Assembly: GCF_018350175.1 (NCBI RefSeq)
Contig: NC_058368.1
Coordinates: 219,854,001-219,918,000, forward strand
DNA length: 64,000 nt
Reading direction: 5' to 3'
From: Felis catus
Lineage: Eukaryota
The notes beneath the pieces were generated by a model. It was not told where the DNA came from. It was given only the letters and a program-made list of their open reading frames with translations, and ran no database searches. The stretch's first letter is position 1. Each line of letters begins with the position of its first letter. A program made the translations under genes and the position numbers. Of the stretch, positions 26,395 to 39,631 are shown in pieces.

Positions 26395-28095
26395 TTTTTT
26401 TTAAACTACTTCTAATATTACAAAGCACACTTATTTAAGAGTAGGAACTGATTAGATTTGGCAAACTGACACTATTGAGCAACTACCAACACAGTCTGGT
26501 TCTAGAACATTTCCATCCCCCGAAAGGTTATTCATGCCCACTAGCATTCGATCTCTGTCCTTTTCTTGAACACAGACAATTGATCTGAATCTTTTTTACA
26601 TTATCTTTGCCTTTTTAAGAATTCCATATATGTAGAATTTTTAAGAATTCCATATATGTGGAATCACGTGAGTTTTTTTGGTTTGTTTTTGTTTTTTAGG
26701 TTTGTTTTTGTTTTTGTTTTTGTTTTTTTTTTTTTGCTTGACTCCTTTCACTTAGAATGATATTTTTGAGATGTACCCATGATGTTTCATGTATTGGTTG
26801 GTCATTCTTTTCTGTCTCTGAGTGCTATTCCATTGCATGGATATACTACACTTTGTATAACCTTTAGCCAGTTGATGGATATTTTATTTGTTTCCAGTTG
26901 CTTCCTATTATGAATACTACAGCTACGCTTATTTGTGTCTTTGTTTAGACATGTTTTAATTTCCTTGAATAGATGTCTAGGAGTGGAATCAGTGTTTCAA
27001 TATAAATGTATATTTAACTTATTAAGAAACTGTCCAAAAGTTTTCCAATATTACTATAACATTTTACATTCCCACCAGCAATGTATGATAAGAGAATTTC
27101 TGTTTCCCACATCTATGCTAACATTCAGTATTGTTAATATTTTGAAAATCTTAGCCATTGTAGTGGATATATAGTGATTTTGTTTGAATTTCTCTAGTAA
27201 TTAAGAATGTTGAGCATCCTTGTTGTTTTTAAGCTTTATTGAGAGATGACTAAAACATTACATTGTGTGAGTTTAAGTGTTGATTTCATACACTGATATA
27301 TTAGAAAATGATTACTACCAAAGTGTTAGCCAACATCTCCATCACCTTACATAATTACCATTTTTTATTTTGTAGATAGAACATTATGATCTAATTTCTT
27401 AGCAATTTATAAGTACATAATATGGTATCGGTAGTTATAATCACCATTTTGTACATTAGATTCATGTGTTTAGTTGATATTCTTTGGAAAAGCATCTATT
27501 CAAATTTTTGTGCAATTTTATTTTTATTGGGGTGTTTGTCTTTCTAATTGAATTTAGAAATGTTTATATATTCTGTATAGAACTCCTTTATCAATACATT
27601 TTCAGAAAGTGTTTTCCTCTTGTCTGTAACTTGCTTTTTCATTTATTTAATGATATATTTTGAAGAGCAAAAGTTTGACATTTTTATGAAGAGTAGATTT
27701 ATTTTACTTTCATTTCAAAGACCCCAAGATTACAATGATTTTTCACTAAGGTTTTCTTTTAGAGGTTTTATAGACTTAACATTTACAATTGTGTATCCAT
27801 TTTGAGCTAATTTTTACAATGATACTAGCTAGATAATGAGATTCTGGTTTTGTTTTATTTTACATACCAGTATCCAATTGTGCAAGCACTATTTGTTGAA
27901 AAGACCATCCATTCACCATTGACTTACTTTGTTATTCTATTTAAAATCAATCAACTATATGTGTATATCTATTTCTATATTCTATCCCATAGATCTACAT
28001 GTTATTGTGTTTTTACCACATTATCTTATTTACTGTGGCTTCATAACAAATTTTGAAATCAGGTCATATAAACCTTCTAAAATTATTGTGTTATT
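26395..28095 (-). mobile_element. Old L1M 3' end/ORF2 with nested L1MA9-like 3' fragment (~27225-27460)
   Basis: ttttacattcccaccagcaatgtatga, atccaattgtgcaagcactatttgttgaaaagac, ctttattgagagatgac motifs. Confidence 0.8.
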
Positions 28096-28180
28096 TAGAT
28101 TTGTTTTTTCTTAAACAAATTATTGTGTTTTACTTGTGATATATGGTTACTGCTAGTTGACTTTGAAAACTCTTTTGGTT

Positions 28181-28421
28181 GGGGCGCCTGGGTGGCGCAG
28201 TCGGTTAAGCGTCCGACTTCAGCCAGGTCATGACCTCGCGGTCCGTGAGTTCGAGCCTCGCGTCGGGCTCTGGGCTGATGGCTCGGAGCCTGGAGCCTGT
28301 TTCCGATTCTGTGTCTCCCTCTCTCTCTGCCCCTCCCCCGTTCATGCTCTGTCTCTCTCTGTCCCCAAAATAAATAAAAAAAAAAAAAAAAAACGTTGAA
28401 AAAAAATTAAAAAAAAAAAAA
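28181..28421 (+). mobile_element. Young SINEC_Fc
   Basis: Perfect 16-bp TSD gaaaactcttttggtt (28165-28180/28422-28437). Confidence 0.97.
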
Positions 28422-28588
28422 GAAAACTCTTTTGGTTATTGTAGACACTGCTGCCATGCAATAGTTTCCCTCAAAAACCCGTTTATTCGTTAAGTACACA
28501 GATACAGATATAAGCATAGTGACACAATTATCTACAATGCTTTCAAGCTAATAATATTTACAAAACCAGTTTAAAATGAAATAGTAAA

Positions 28589-28801
28589 GGGGCGCTTGGG
28601 TGGCTCAGTCGGTTGAGCGACCAATTTTGGCTCAGGTCATGATCTCACGCTTTGTGAGTTCGAGGCCCGTTTCGGGCTCTGTGCTGACAGCTCGGAGCCT
28701 GGAGCCTGCTTCGGATTCTGTGTCTCCCTCTCTCTCTGACCCTCCCCCACTCATGCTCTCTCTCTGTTTCAGAAATAAATAAACATTAAAATTTTGTTTT
28801 C
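28589..28801 (+). mobile_element. Can-SINE
   Basis: TSD aaatgaaatagt. Confidence 0.95.
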
Positions 28802-28829
28802 AAATGAAATAGTTAAGAACTATTTATTA

Positions 28830-29920
28830 CAACATCATTAGCTATCAGAAGAATGCAAGTGCAAATCATAGGCTCTCTCTACACACCTATTGGAGTGGCT
28901 AAAATGAAAAGTAAGAATAAAAATACCATAAACTGGAAAACATACAGAGATACTAAATCACTCATGTATTGGTAGTGAAGATGTAAAATGGTACACTTTG
29001 AGAGGTATTTTGGCAGTTTGGTAGTTTGGAACAAAACTACACATATATTTATATGATTCAGCAATTGAATTTAGAAAATTATGTAAGAAAGAAATGAAAA
29101 TATATGTTCACACAAAACCTTGTAAATGTAAAAAAAAAAAAAAACTGTACATGAATGTTCATAACAGCTTTGTCTTTAATAGCTAATAAATGATGGATTA
29201 AGAAACTGGCCCATACATACCAAGCAGCCATAATAAGAAACAGACTGTTGATACATTAAATGACTGAATGGTTCTTTTTTTTTAATTTTTTTTAACGTTT
29301 ATTTATTTTTGAGACAGAGAGAGACAGAACATGAACGGGGGAGGGGCAGAGGGAGGAAGACAAAGAATCTGAAACAGGCTCCAGTCTCTGAGCTGTCAGC
29401 ATAGAGCCCGACGCGGGGCTCGAACTCACGGACCGCGAGATCATGACCTGAGCCAAAGTCGGCCGCTTAACCGACTAAGCCACCCAGGCGCCCCAATGAC
29501 TGAATGGTTCTTAAGGAAATTATTTTGAATGAGAAAAATAATTTCAAAAGTTTATATTCTATATGAATCAATTTATATAACAGTCTTGTGGAATGGGAAA
29601 ATTATAGAAATAGAGAACATATTAGTTGTTGTGAGGGAGAAAGGCAGATGGCTGTGTCTATCAACGGGTAGTATGATGGACCCTCATGATGAACCTACTC
29701 TGTGTCTGGCCTGTCTTTGTGGTCACATGAATCTACACATGTGATAAAATGACACAGAAATAAATTCATGTGTTCACACACATGAGTGCATGTAACACTG
29801 GTGAAATCTTAATAAGGTCAGTGGACTGCCTCAGTGTCAATTTCCTGGTCATGGTAATAAAGTAAAAAACCATGCTACTTTTGGGGGCTATAAGTGAAAA
29901 AGGTAAACCTGATCCATCTA
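28830..29920 (+). mobile_element. L1MC-like 3' end
   Basis: gtggtcacatgaatctacacatgtgataaaat...ctggtgaaatcttaataagg typical of L1MC 3'UTR. Confidence 0.75.
29277..29494 (-). mobile_element. SINEC_Fc
   Basis: TSD aatgactgaatggttctt (29259-29276/29495-29512). Confidence 0.96.
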
Positions 29921-29944
29921 TTTGGTAAGAGTAATATAAAAATA

Positions 29945-30140
29945 ATTAAAACTTACTGAGTACTTGCTAAGAGGCAACACTGTTCTAAATTCGTACAGCA
30001 AGCCTATGAAGTAGGTACCAATTTTATCCTTATTTTGAAAATAGGCAAACTAAGGCATAGCGAGTAGAAAATCAATTTGAGATAACTAGTAACAAAAGAG
30101 CCAATCCTTAAAAGTAGGCATTGGTACACGGATGCTTAAC
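29945..30140 (-). mobile_element. MIR
   Basis: acttactgagtacttgcta...cctatgaagtaggtac...ggcaaactaaggcatag. Confidence 0.65.
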
Positions 30141-30677
30141 TGCCTCTATCATAGTTAGCCCCTCGATGGAACCTAGTGTAAGTCTCACAGAATTTAAAAA
30201 CAATGTAGGTTAGAGAAGCCTTAAAAATTGTTGTGAGCTTCTTAAACATAGTTATATTTAAAGCAAAATGAACAGATTGAAAGAACTGCACGGTTTTAAG
30301 TTGAGATATATTTTTGTTCAAGAATCACATTCAAAAGCAATGAAGAACCACAAGGATATAAGACAAATATTAAGAGGCAGTAACACCATTTACAGGAAGT
30401 AAGCTTTCTTCTTCAAGTAAAGACACATTTTAAGGTGGTGTTCAAAAGTTGAAGAGGGAATGTACTTTAAGTGGAGCAGATAGGGAGAGTTCCTAATTAA
30501 CAGGATAGGGCTGGAGCCGGGGGGGGGGGGGGGTGGGGTGGGGAGAGAAATGTGGCAAGTAAGAGAAAAACTGACTGAAATTAAATAGTAAGTGATTAAC
30601 AAAGGAAAATGATGAGTCAGAATGATTTTTGCAATTTTAAACATGCAAGATTGAATACCAGTGTTCTAAGAGATCTT

Positions 30678-31326
30678 GTCATGCACCACACAGATCCGCC
30701 TTCAGGAATGAAGGAATTTTCCCCCACGTTCTGGGAATGCTGTCAGCCAACATCCTTCCCCTGTAAGTTCTCTCAGGGAGGTGCCAGGGCTAAAGAAACT
30801 ACCTTGTGTGTGCACATGGACCTTTCTGGTACAGTCCAAATCTATTGCCCAATAAATATAATGATGAAAGGATCATAGAATTGCCAGAATGAGTTAAAAC
30901 CTGAAGAGTTATCTTGGCTTCAGAGATCCACATAGGGCAATGGTTTAAAACTGCAGCATAGGGGTGCCTGAGTGGCTCAGTCGGTTAAGCGTCCGACTTC
31001 AGCCAGGTCACGATCTCGCGGTCCGTGAGCTCGAGCCCCGCGTCAGGCTCTGGGCTGATGGCTCAGAGCCTGGAGCCTGTTTCGGATTCTGTGTCTCCCT
31101 CTCTCTCTGCCCCTCCCCCGTTCATGCTCTGTCTGTCTCTGTCCCAAAAATAAATAAACGTTGAAATAAAATAAAATAAAATAAAACTGCAGCATAGACT
31201 CTGGTCTCTGTTCAAATGCTCCTCCTTTCCTGTTCTTCCACAAATCCCAAGCATGCTCCCTAATGGAATTCCACCATGTTGGTCTCTGTCACGGAGTCTA
31301 CTTTCATGAGAGGTTAACCTGCAAAA
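30678..31326 (+). mobile_element. ERVL LTR (LTR16-like) interrupted by SINE
   Basis: tgtcatgcaccac..cagatccgccttcaggaatgaagga start; agtctactttc...aacctg end. Confidence 0.6.
30961..31182 (+). mobile_element. Young SINEC_Fc with (TAAAA)n tail
   Basis: TSD aaaactgcagcata. Confidence 0.97.
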
Positions 31327-31902
31327 GTTGGCAGTTTTGAAAACACTGTAATTGGTCATTCTAATATTCAAAATTCATCTCAACACTCGCAAACTTATAA
31401 TGCTTTAGTGACTTTCCATTATGTACAGGAAAACTAAAAGCATCGGCATGCTTTGTAATAGGTACTGGGCGATTATTCTCTTGCTTAAGTTGCTGGCTTG
31501 TCTCCTGCTATATTATTTTTCCATAAGAGGTTATTATTATAGAGCATAATTAACATTTGTAGCATATTTGCTATTTACCAGGACAAAAACTGTTCAAACT
31601 GCTTTACATAGATTATTTCATGTAATCCTTAAAACTTTACAAGCTTAATAAACTATTTGCAATACCCTGAATATATCAAGCTAATGTATGCCTCAATTTC
31701 ATATCGCTTCCTCCACATGCAACGACCTTTCCTTCCTCTTATCTCCCATATGAACACCTACTGGTCTTCCACAACTTCATTCATTTATTATCTTCCCTAT
31801 TAATACATTCTTTCTACTGACACTTCAGGTGTTAGTGTTAACTTACTCTCTGGCATTAATCTCAGATATTTCTATCATAAATACTCTATAGTTCAGTAAC
31901 AT

Positions 31903-32124
31903 ATTTTTTTAAATTTTTTTCTATTTATTTATTTTTGAGAAACAGAATGAGACAAAGCGTGAGCTGGGGAGGGGCAGAGAGAGAGGGAGACACAGAATCC
32001 GAAGCAGGCTCCAGGCTCTGAGCCATCAGCACAGAGCCTGATGCAGGGCTCGAACCCACGAACTATGAGATCATGACCTGAGCCGAAGTCGGATGCTCAC
32101 CCGACTGAGCCACCCAGGCGCCCC
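31903..32124 (-). mobile_element. Can-SINE
   Basis: SINE body; TSD agtaacat. Confidence 0.95.
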
Positions 32125-33702
32125 AGTAACATTTTTTTTAATCATTCACCTCCATGCTTAACTTTTAACAATTTGAAGAAATAAATCACATTGAATATTT
32201 CTGTTTTGTGTCGACCATAATCTTTAATAAGTTAAAAAAAAAACCCACACAGATAATATCACTGTCTTATGTTATTAACAAGGACAACAATTAAAGTGGT
32301 TTTCTCAAATGTATGTAGTTAACAACAGAAGTTGGCTTAGAGATGCTTTGTATGATAGCAACAAAAATGTAGCTTTTAACACCAGTCAGACCCATAATGG
32401 CACTTTGTTTTTTGCAACATATCTGATGATTACATCGTATTATATATGGTGTATAGGAAAGCCACAAATGACAAACAGGTATGCTTGACCTCACAACTAG
32501 GTTTCACTTTGCCTTCCACTATCTCAGATAGAGTTAAGACAGAATTGAGGGCTGTGCCTGAATGTCAGTCTCAGGATGCATGGTGCTACACAGGCTCGAA
32601 CTGACCTTAGCTGTGTGCCAGAGTCTCATAAGTGCCTGAACTGGGGGCTGTTACTTTTTGCAGGAGCCCAATGTTAAAGCTGGGGTAGGAAGTCTTTGTC
32701 CAGGCCTGTGCTAATGGTATATGCAAGTGTGCCTTTCAGATCCTGAAAAATAAGCCACTTTGGCTGCTGGAATTGAATCACCCCACTCTCTACTGCCGCT
32801 TTTCCTTCTCTTACACAATTTCCCCTGTTCATCCAAGTCCCCCCGCATCTATACCTTTATCTCCTGCTATTTATTACCAAATTCACTCCAGTACCTTCTA
32901 CCATTTGTAAAACACGGTTCTACATGATAGAAAATTAATTAATGAAGCAATACTTCATTGCACTTGTAAAAGGAAACTGGTTTCCCAGAGAGGAAAATGA
33001 AGTGTCTGCAAATTCTTTTACTTCTAATAAAAGTCAGCTACAAAAGCAAAAACTAATAAACCAGTTTAACAAACTTGTTTTCCATTTTCATTTGGATTAT
33101 CTCAGTACTCAATTTAAGTGAAATTCAGAAAAATTTCCAATAGCAAAGTAGCAAAACCTGAGAAGTTTATATTAAAAACACATAAATGATCATTTTAGTA
33201 ATAAATTTAATAAATGGTAATTGATAAAATTACCATAATTTCAGATAATATTTCAAGTATATTTGCATTTAGTCTTTTTCTCATATTCAACAGATATTAA
33301 TCATAGCAGATGAATTATGAACAATAAGAAAAATGCATTTTCTGTGCATTTTTGAATTGTTGTTTAACAAAATTAAATCATAAATTGATGTTAACATTGA
33401 GCTAACTGGGTAGTAATTAACTTTTTGAATTTTTTCCTTAATACAATGTCTTATTAAAATGGCTTAAGGAATTTTTTATTATATTAAATTAAATCTATTT
33501 TTCACTCTATAAAAAGTAAAACCAAAACTACCTAAAGCCAACTTGGGCTACATTCTTCATATTATTGACTTATAAACAGACACTCCCCATATATTCATTA
33601 TGATATATTTCTTTAAAGTACATTTTATAGAAAAGTGGTGTGAAATGTATTATCCCCCCACTGTAAGCAATTAAGAGTATTCCAAAGTACCGGGAGGGTG
33701 AA

Positions 33703-33733
33703 TGCAGCTACTGTTTTGACACTAGATGGCATT
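33703..33733 (+). promoter_or_regulatory. CTCF-like motif with upstream TGCAG module
   Basis: TGCAG-11nt-ACACTAGATGGCA. Confidence 0.5.
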
Positions 33734-34284
33734 CCTGTGTAATCAGAAGCCCACAAGGCTAATACAGTTGCTGGTCTATTTCCCTGAGACCTGTCATAAA
33801 TTTAAAAATGAACGGATTACAGCTAGAGAAAGTTAAATATAGGCTTTTATTCAGAAGATTATGTGAATAAACCAATTTTGCATCATGCTATTTATAGTTT
33901 GTTGACTGTTATAAAATTAAAAACTGTTGTTCTGCCTTCACTAAATTTGAAGTGTAGATGTTAGCTACTAAAAGCTATCTTTTTTGTTTTTTATTTATGA
34001 TACTTGCCCCCATGCAAATAGTTTTATATTAATAACTCAAAAAACACATTTAATTCTACTTGTATAAAATGCTGTCACAAGTTTATTTCAATGAGAAAAT
34101 AATTCCAACCATCAAAATTAAAGATTATCTTAGGTTCCTTATTATTTTAAAAAGTTTAAACCAAGCATAAGAGCTTTTTAAAATTATTGTAAAAAAATTA
34201 CACTTTAAAAAATATCTTACTGCTTGTTGTTTGTATATGCTGGTGAAATAAACCACTGATTTAATATGATGTGTCCTTTTAAAT

Positions 34285-34472
34285 GTTTTTTTCTTAATGT
34301 TTATTTTTGAGAGAGAGAGACAGAGCAAAAGCAGGGGAGGGGCAGAGACAGAGGGAGACAAAATACGAAGCTGTCAGCACAGAGCCTGACATGGGGCTCA
34401 AACCCACAAACTGTGAGATCATGACCTGCGCCGAAGTTGGACATTCAACCGACTGAGCCACCCAGGCATACC
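34285..34472 (-). mobile_element. Can-SINE with small internal deletion
   Basis: SINE body lacking the caggctccaggctctg segment. Confidence 0.92.
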
Positions 34473-35035
34473 TAAATATGTGTATGTTCTTATCAACATG
34501 GAGCTTTTCAAGTGTTTTATAATAAAGCAAACACAGAGAATGTAATATTAGCCTGACAAACTTGGGGAGAAGGAAGTGGCCATTGAAAGCCTAGAATTGA
34601 GGGGATCGACATGTCAGAAAACTGGAAGTCCCTCATAACATACCAGTGGAGATTCAGTGTTAGACATAAACACACAAACATTAAAATGTTAATAAAATTT
34701 TTCAAAAGTTTTTAATAAAATTAAATACGTTTCCTCAAAAAGATGCAAAAAATAATACATATTGTTGAATTTGCTTTTTCCATGAAACAAGAGGAACATT
34801 AATTTTTTGCAACATGAGGACATATTTATTGACCTATTATGTGTCTGGTACATCAAAAATAATAACTCAGAACAATACATTTAACTCAATCCTACCCCTT
34901 CCCATTAGACATGAGAAAAACCTGGATTGAAGAATTAAATTACTTATCATGGATCAACAAATCCAGACCCAGGACATGAACTGCAGACTTTTGAAACACA
35001 CACAGTGAAATTTTCACTACATAATCCAGTATTCT

Positions 35036-35418
35036 TGTTATGGGGTGAATTGCGCTATTCCCAAATTCATATATTGAGGTCCCAAAACCCATTACCTCAG
35101 AATATAACTGTATTTGAAGAGAAGGCCTTTATAGAAGTAATTGATGTTAAATGAGATCATATGTGTTAGGAACCTCTCTAATATGATTGGTGTCCTCATA
35201 AGACGAGAAAGGGATACATATTTTCAGAGGAAAGTCCATGTAAGGACACAGCCAGAGACTGCCATTCGCAAGCCAAAGAGACAGAGTAGCCTGAAACCAA
35301 ACTTGCCAACCCCTGAATCTTGGATTTCCAGTTTCCAGAACTGTGAAAAAATAAATTTTTGTTGTTTAAGCCACCCAACCTGCAACACTTTCTTATGGCA
35401 GTCCTACCAACAAAGACA
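35036..35418 (+). mobile_element. MaLR solo LTR (MLT1B-like)
   Basis: tgttatggggtgaattg...ccagaactgtgaaaaaataaatttttgttgtttaagccacccaa...aca. Confidence 0.85.
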
Positions 35419-35439
35419 ATGCTCAAAACAGCATTCTCT

Positions 35440-35473
35440 TTAAATTTTTTTAAATTTTATTTATTTGTTTTGG

Positions 35474-35509
<36 letters not shown>

Positions 35510-35693
35510 AGGGGAGGGGAGGGGAGGGGAGGGGAGGGGAGGGGCAGACAGAGGGAGAGACAGAATCTCAAGCAGGCTCCACACTGTCACCAGGGAGCCC
35601 AATGCCGGGCTTGAACTCAAGAACTGTGAAATCATGACCTGAGCCAAGATCAAGAGTTGGCACGCTTAACTGACTGAGCCACCCAGGCATCCC
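35440..35693 (-). mobile_element. Can-SINE with (GGGGA)n expansion
   Basis: SINE body; TSD tcaaaacag. Confidence 0.93.
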
Positions 35694-36159
35694 TCAAAAC
35701 AGTATCCTTAACATTTAGTAGAATCCAGTTTGTAATTACTTCCCATGTATTTAGAGCAATGAATATTTCTACAAATGTATTTTTAAATATTATGTGTGTG
35801 TGTGTGTGTGTATACACAGTGCTGTGTGTTTATATTTGTGTATGTGTCTATCTATCTATCTATCTATCTTTCAAAAGAACTATTATGCTACTATTTGTCA
35901 CTGGACAAGAATGTCAAATAATATCTTAAACTTTATTCAGTGATTCTAATATTTTAGAAATAATTTTCTGCTATTTGTTCAGGTAAAAAATTAATGTTCA
36001 AGTTTTAGAAACCAATATGTTTAGTGAAATAGGTAATTTAAAAAATAAATATAGTTATTAGTTACATAAAATATCTGCAATACTAAATATATATTGGAAA
36101 TGTGAAATATTAGAATGGTCACAATTTTATTAATACTTATTTTAATCTCTCTCCTAAAA

Positions 36160-36731
36160 ATAGTTAAAAGCGTTGACGTCCCAGTAACAATAATGTAACC
36201 ACAAGCGTTGGGTTTCCTACAAAAATGTATGGATAATAAATGATGCTAGACCTGGCTGAAGCACTGTACAAGGTGAGCATAATTTTATGATGCACCGGAA
36301 GCAAAGAATTCTAAGACTAATAGATTCACTCATATGGTTACAGAAGTCAGCTTAGAGATTCTAGTACTTAATCAAATTTGTGAAAACTGGTGTATCAAAA
36401 TATTCATGATTTTAATTGATTGGAACAGGTTGAACAAATAAAAATATATGACTCCATAGACAGTCTCAAACAAAAGGCCAAAATCTAAATTAAAAAAAAT
36501 TATCACAATTAGGTATTTCTGATATATCAGCTTCTTACTCTGAAAATTGATAGTAAATAAATAGGCAGGGACTCCTGGGTGGCTCAGTCGGTTAAGTGTC
36601 CAACTTCTGCTCAGGTCATGATCTCACAGTTCGTGGGTTGAAGCCCTGTGTCGGGCTTTGTGCTGACAGCTCAGAGCCTGGAGCCTGCTTCAGGCTGTGT
36701 CTCCCTCTCTCTCTGTCCCTCCCCCGCTCGT

Positions 36732-36768
<37 letters not shown>

Positions 36769-37745
36769 AATAAATACTAAACATTAAAACATTAAAAAAA
36801 AAAGAAAGAGACAAACTCATGCTATTTCATTAGAAAGTGTATTTCATTCAACAGCTAACTCCAGATGGTTAGGAAATCACAGCCTCATGATAGTAACGTT
36901 AGTTTAATAAAAGTAAAAGGAATCATAGCATTTAAAATGGCCAATGACATCTAATGAAATCACTAATTCAGAAAAGAGGCATAGATCAGTGCTAAACTCA
37001 GTAAGTGAAATGTTGGTTAATTGAACATTCACAGTTGCAAAGTATCATGGCATAGATAACATATTATTTGCCAACAAAATAGGTAACAATGCAACAGGGA
37101 AACAAAATAACACTATGTGTCTCTTGAAGTTAAAATATTCCATTTGAATCTAACTTCTCTCCTCAGGAGATAATTCCCAATTTCAGGAACAAGAAAGATA
37201 AAGGAATATATTAAATGACAATTTGGAAACGATGAAGGAAATCTAGAATAAAGAACATTCTCCAGAGCATGTGTTCTCATCTTTCTCACTGCCAATATGG
37301 GGGGGGGGGGGGGGGAAGAAAAGGATGAAGCAGGAACTATATACTAAATTAAACAGATTGAAGAGACATAGAAAGAAAATGAAATGTAGGGGCACTAGTT
37401 ATATTTTTTTGTTTGGGGAAAACAGTTACTAAAGGCATGTTGAGGAAACATTAGGGAAAGTACAAATGAAATGTATATGAGGTAGTATTAATTTCATTAG
37501 CATGATAATTGAATTGTGGTTAAATATAATTTTTATTTGTTGAATGTATATACTGAGCATATACGTTCAAGATTTTAAGGATAAAGTGTACAATATCAGT
37601 AAATAAATTTAGGTATTAGTTCTTCAATATTTGTTTTTGCAGATATGCTGATGAAGCAAATATAACAAAATTACAGAATCTAGGCATTGGCATATCTGAA
37701 TGTTTGCTGTATTATTCTTTATGTTTTTATTAGTTTTATTATAAA
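36160..37745 (+). mobile_element. Old L1MC/ME-like 3' region
   Basis: agtgctaaactcagtaagtgaaa, agaacattctccag, gaatctagg...tgctgtattattcttt motifs. Confidence 0.55.
36568..36803 (+). mobile_element. Can-SINE
   Basis: tRNA-like head, (CT)n, A-tail. Confidence 0.93.
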
Positions 37746-37949
37746 AAATTAAAGCTTCTCAGACTGTTTCATGATACGCCTACAAAATAGAACATGTATA
37801 GTAAAAATATCCATATTTAATACATAGAATATATAGCTGTTTTCATAGTAGTGAGCGTCTTCAATCCAGAGTTCTGACATATATGTGACATGTAATTCTC
37901 CAGTGTTCTATATTCAGTGGTTATTAAGAGAGAGAAAATGTGTTATCTT

Positions 37950-38180
37950 AAATATTTTTTTATGTTTTATTTGTTCTTGAGAGAAAGAAAGAGACAGAGA
38001 GACAGAGCACGAGCGGGGGAGGGTCAGAGAGAGAGGGAGACACAAAATCGGAAGTTGGCTCCAGGCTCTGAGCTGTCAGCACAGAGCCCGACGTGGGGCT
38101 CGAACTCACAATCTGTGAGATCACGACCTGAACCAACTGAGATCACGACTGGCGCAACCAACTGAGCCACCCAGGTGCCC
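37950..38180 (-). mobile_element. Can-SINE with rearranged head
   Basis: TSD gaaaatgtgttat (37934-37946/38182-38194). Confidence 0.93.
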
Positions 38181-39136
38181 TGAAAATGTGTTATTTTAGT
38201 GCATGTCATCAGCTAGAAGAGTTATAGTTAAGATCCTTTGGGGTATTTTAAAACACCAGGCTATCAATCATTTAAAGACTTTGAAAAACCAAGTGTCATT
38301 TGGTGTGGGTTTAGATGGCAGAAAACTAATTTAATGATTCAAAGCTACGTTCTTTGTCATGGAAGCAGTGTACTGCTCAGGGTTCATTCCCAGCCCTGCG
38401 TGACCTGTCGTGAAATCCAATACAGCACATGCCTCACGGAATTCAGATGCAAGGGGCAAGAAGTCGTTTGCCTGATAAGATGACAAAGTTGGAGAGGATG
38501 ACAGGTGATTTGCTTTTGGTGACCTCTTTCCCATTATTTATTCTCTGATTGCAAATTCACACAAGGTGAGCCCTGATAAGGCAAATACAACAAAAACAAC
38601 AAAATCATATTGGAGTCTTATGAAATTATGTCTTACTAGGGAAAAAAAAAAACTTTTAATGGAGCTAAATAAAAAATGAATCGTGCCCTTAAGAAAATTG
38701 ATGTTACAAATCAGTCAACACAAAAATTGGCTTGTTAGTTATAAATGGCCACTGGACTTCTGTATACTTGACTTTACTGGTATTCTATAAGAAACAATTA
38801 ATGACTGAAAACCTAACTCATGTTCCACAATTGTAAAGTAATCCCTCACTAAAAAGATAAATATTTCTTTCACTTTATGGACACTTTCACTCTCTGAATT
38901 TTTTTTCTTTATTCTTTATTTTTATTTTTTCCTGTTTATTTATATTGAACTTAGTTAACATACAGTGTAGTCTTGGCTCCAGGAGTAGAACCCAGTGATC
39001 CACCTCTGCATGTGACATGCAGTGCTCATCCCAACAAGTGTCCTCCTTAGTGTCCATCACCCATTTAACCCATCCCCCACCCACCCTGCCTCCAGCAACC
39101 CTCAGTTTATTCTCCATTTTTAAGAGTCTCATGGTT

Positions 39137-39354
39137 GGGGCGCCTGGGTGGCTCAGTTGGTTGAGTGTCCAACTTCAACTCAGATCATGATCTCGTGGTT
39201 CATGAGTTCAAGACCCACGTCCAGCTCTGTGCTGACAGCTCGGAGCCTGGAACCTGCTTTAGAGTCGTGTCTCCCTCTTTCTCCACCCCTCCTCTGCTCA
39301 TGCTGTCTCTCTCTGTCTCAAAAATGAATAAACAGTAAAAAAAAAAATTATTAA
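39137..39354 (+). mobile_element. Can-SINE (stack member 1)
   Basis: Full head and tail; TSD aagagtctcatggtt (39122-39136/39617-39631). Confidence 0.93.
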
Positions 39355-39600
39355 GGGGCGCCTAGGTAGCTCAGTTGGTTGGGCATCCAACTTCCGCTCA
39401 GGTCATGATCTCGCAGTTTGTGGGTTGGAGCGCCACATCAGGCTCTGTGCTGACAGCTTGGAGCCTGGAGCCTGCTTTGGATTCTGTGTCTCCTTGTCTC
39501 TCTGCCCCTCCCCTGCTTGTGCTCTGTCTCTCTCTGTCTCTCAAAAATAAATACATAAATGTAAAAAAAAAAAAAAAAAAACTCTGTGTTAATTAAAAAA
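39355..39600 (+). mobile_element. Can-SINE (stack member 2, in tail of member 1)
   Basis: Full head and tail. Confidence 0.93.
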
Positions 39601-39631
39601 AAAAAAAAGAAAAGAAAAGAGTCTCATGGTT

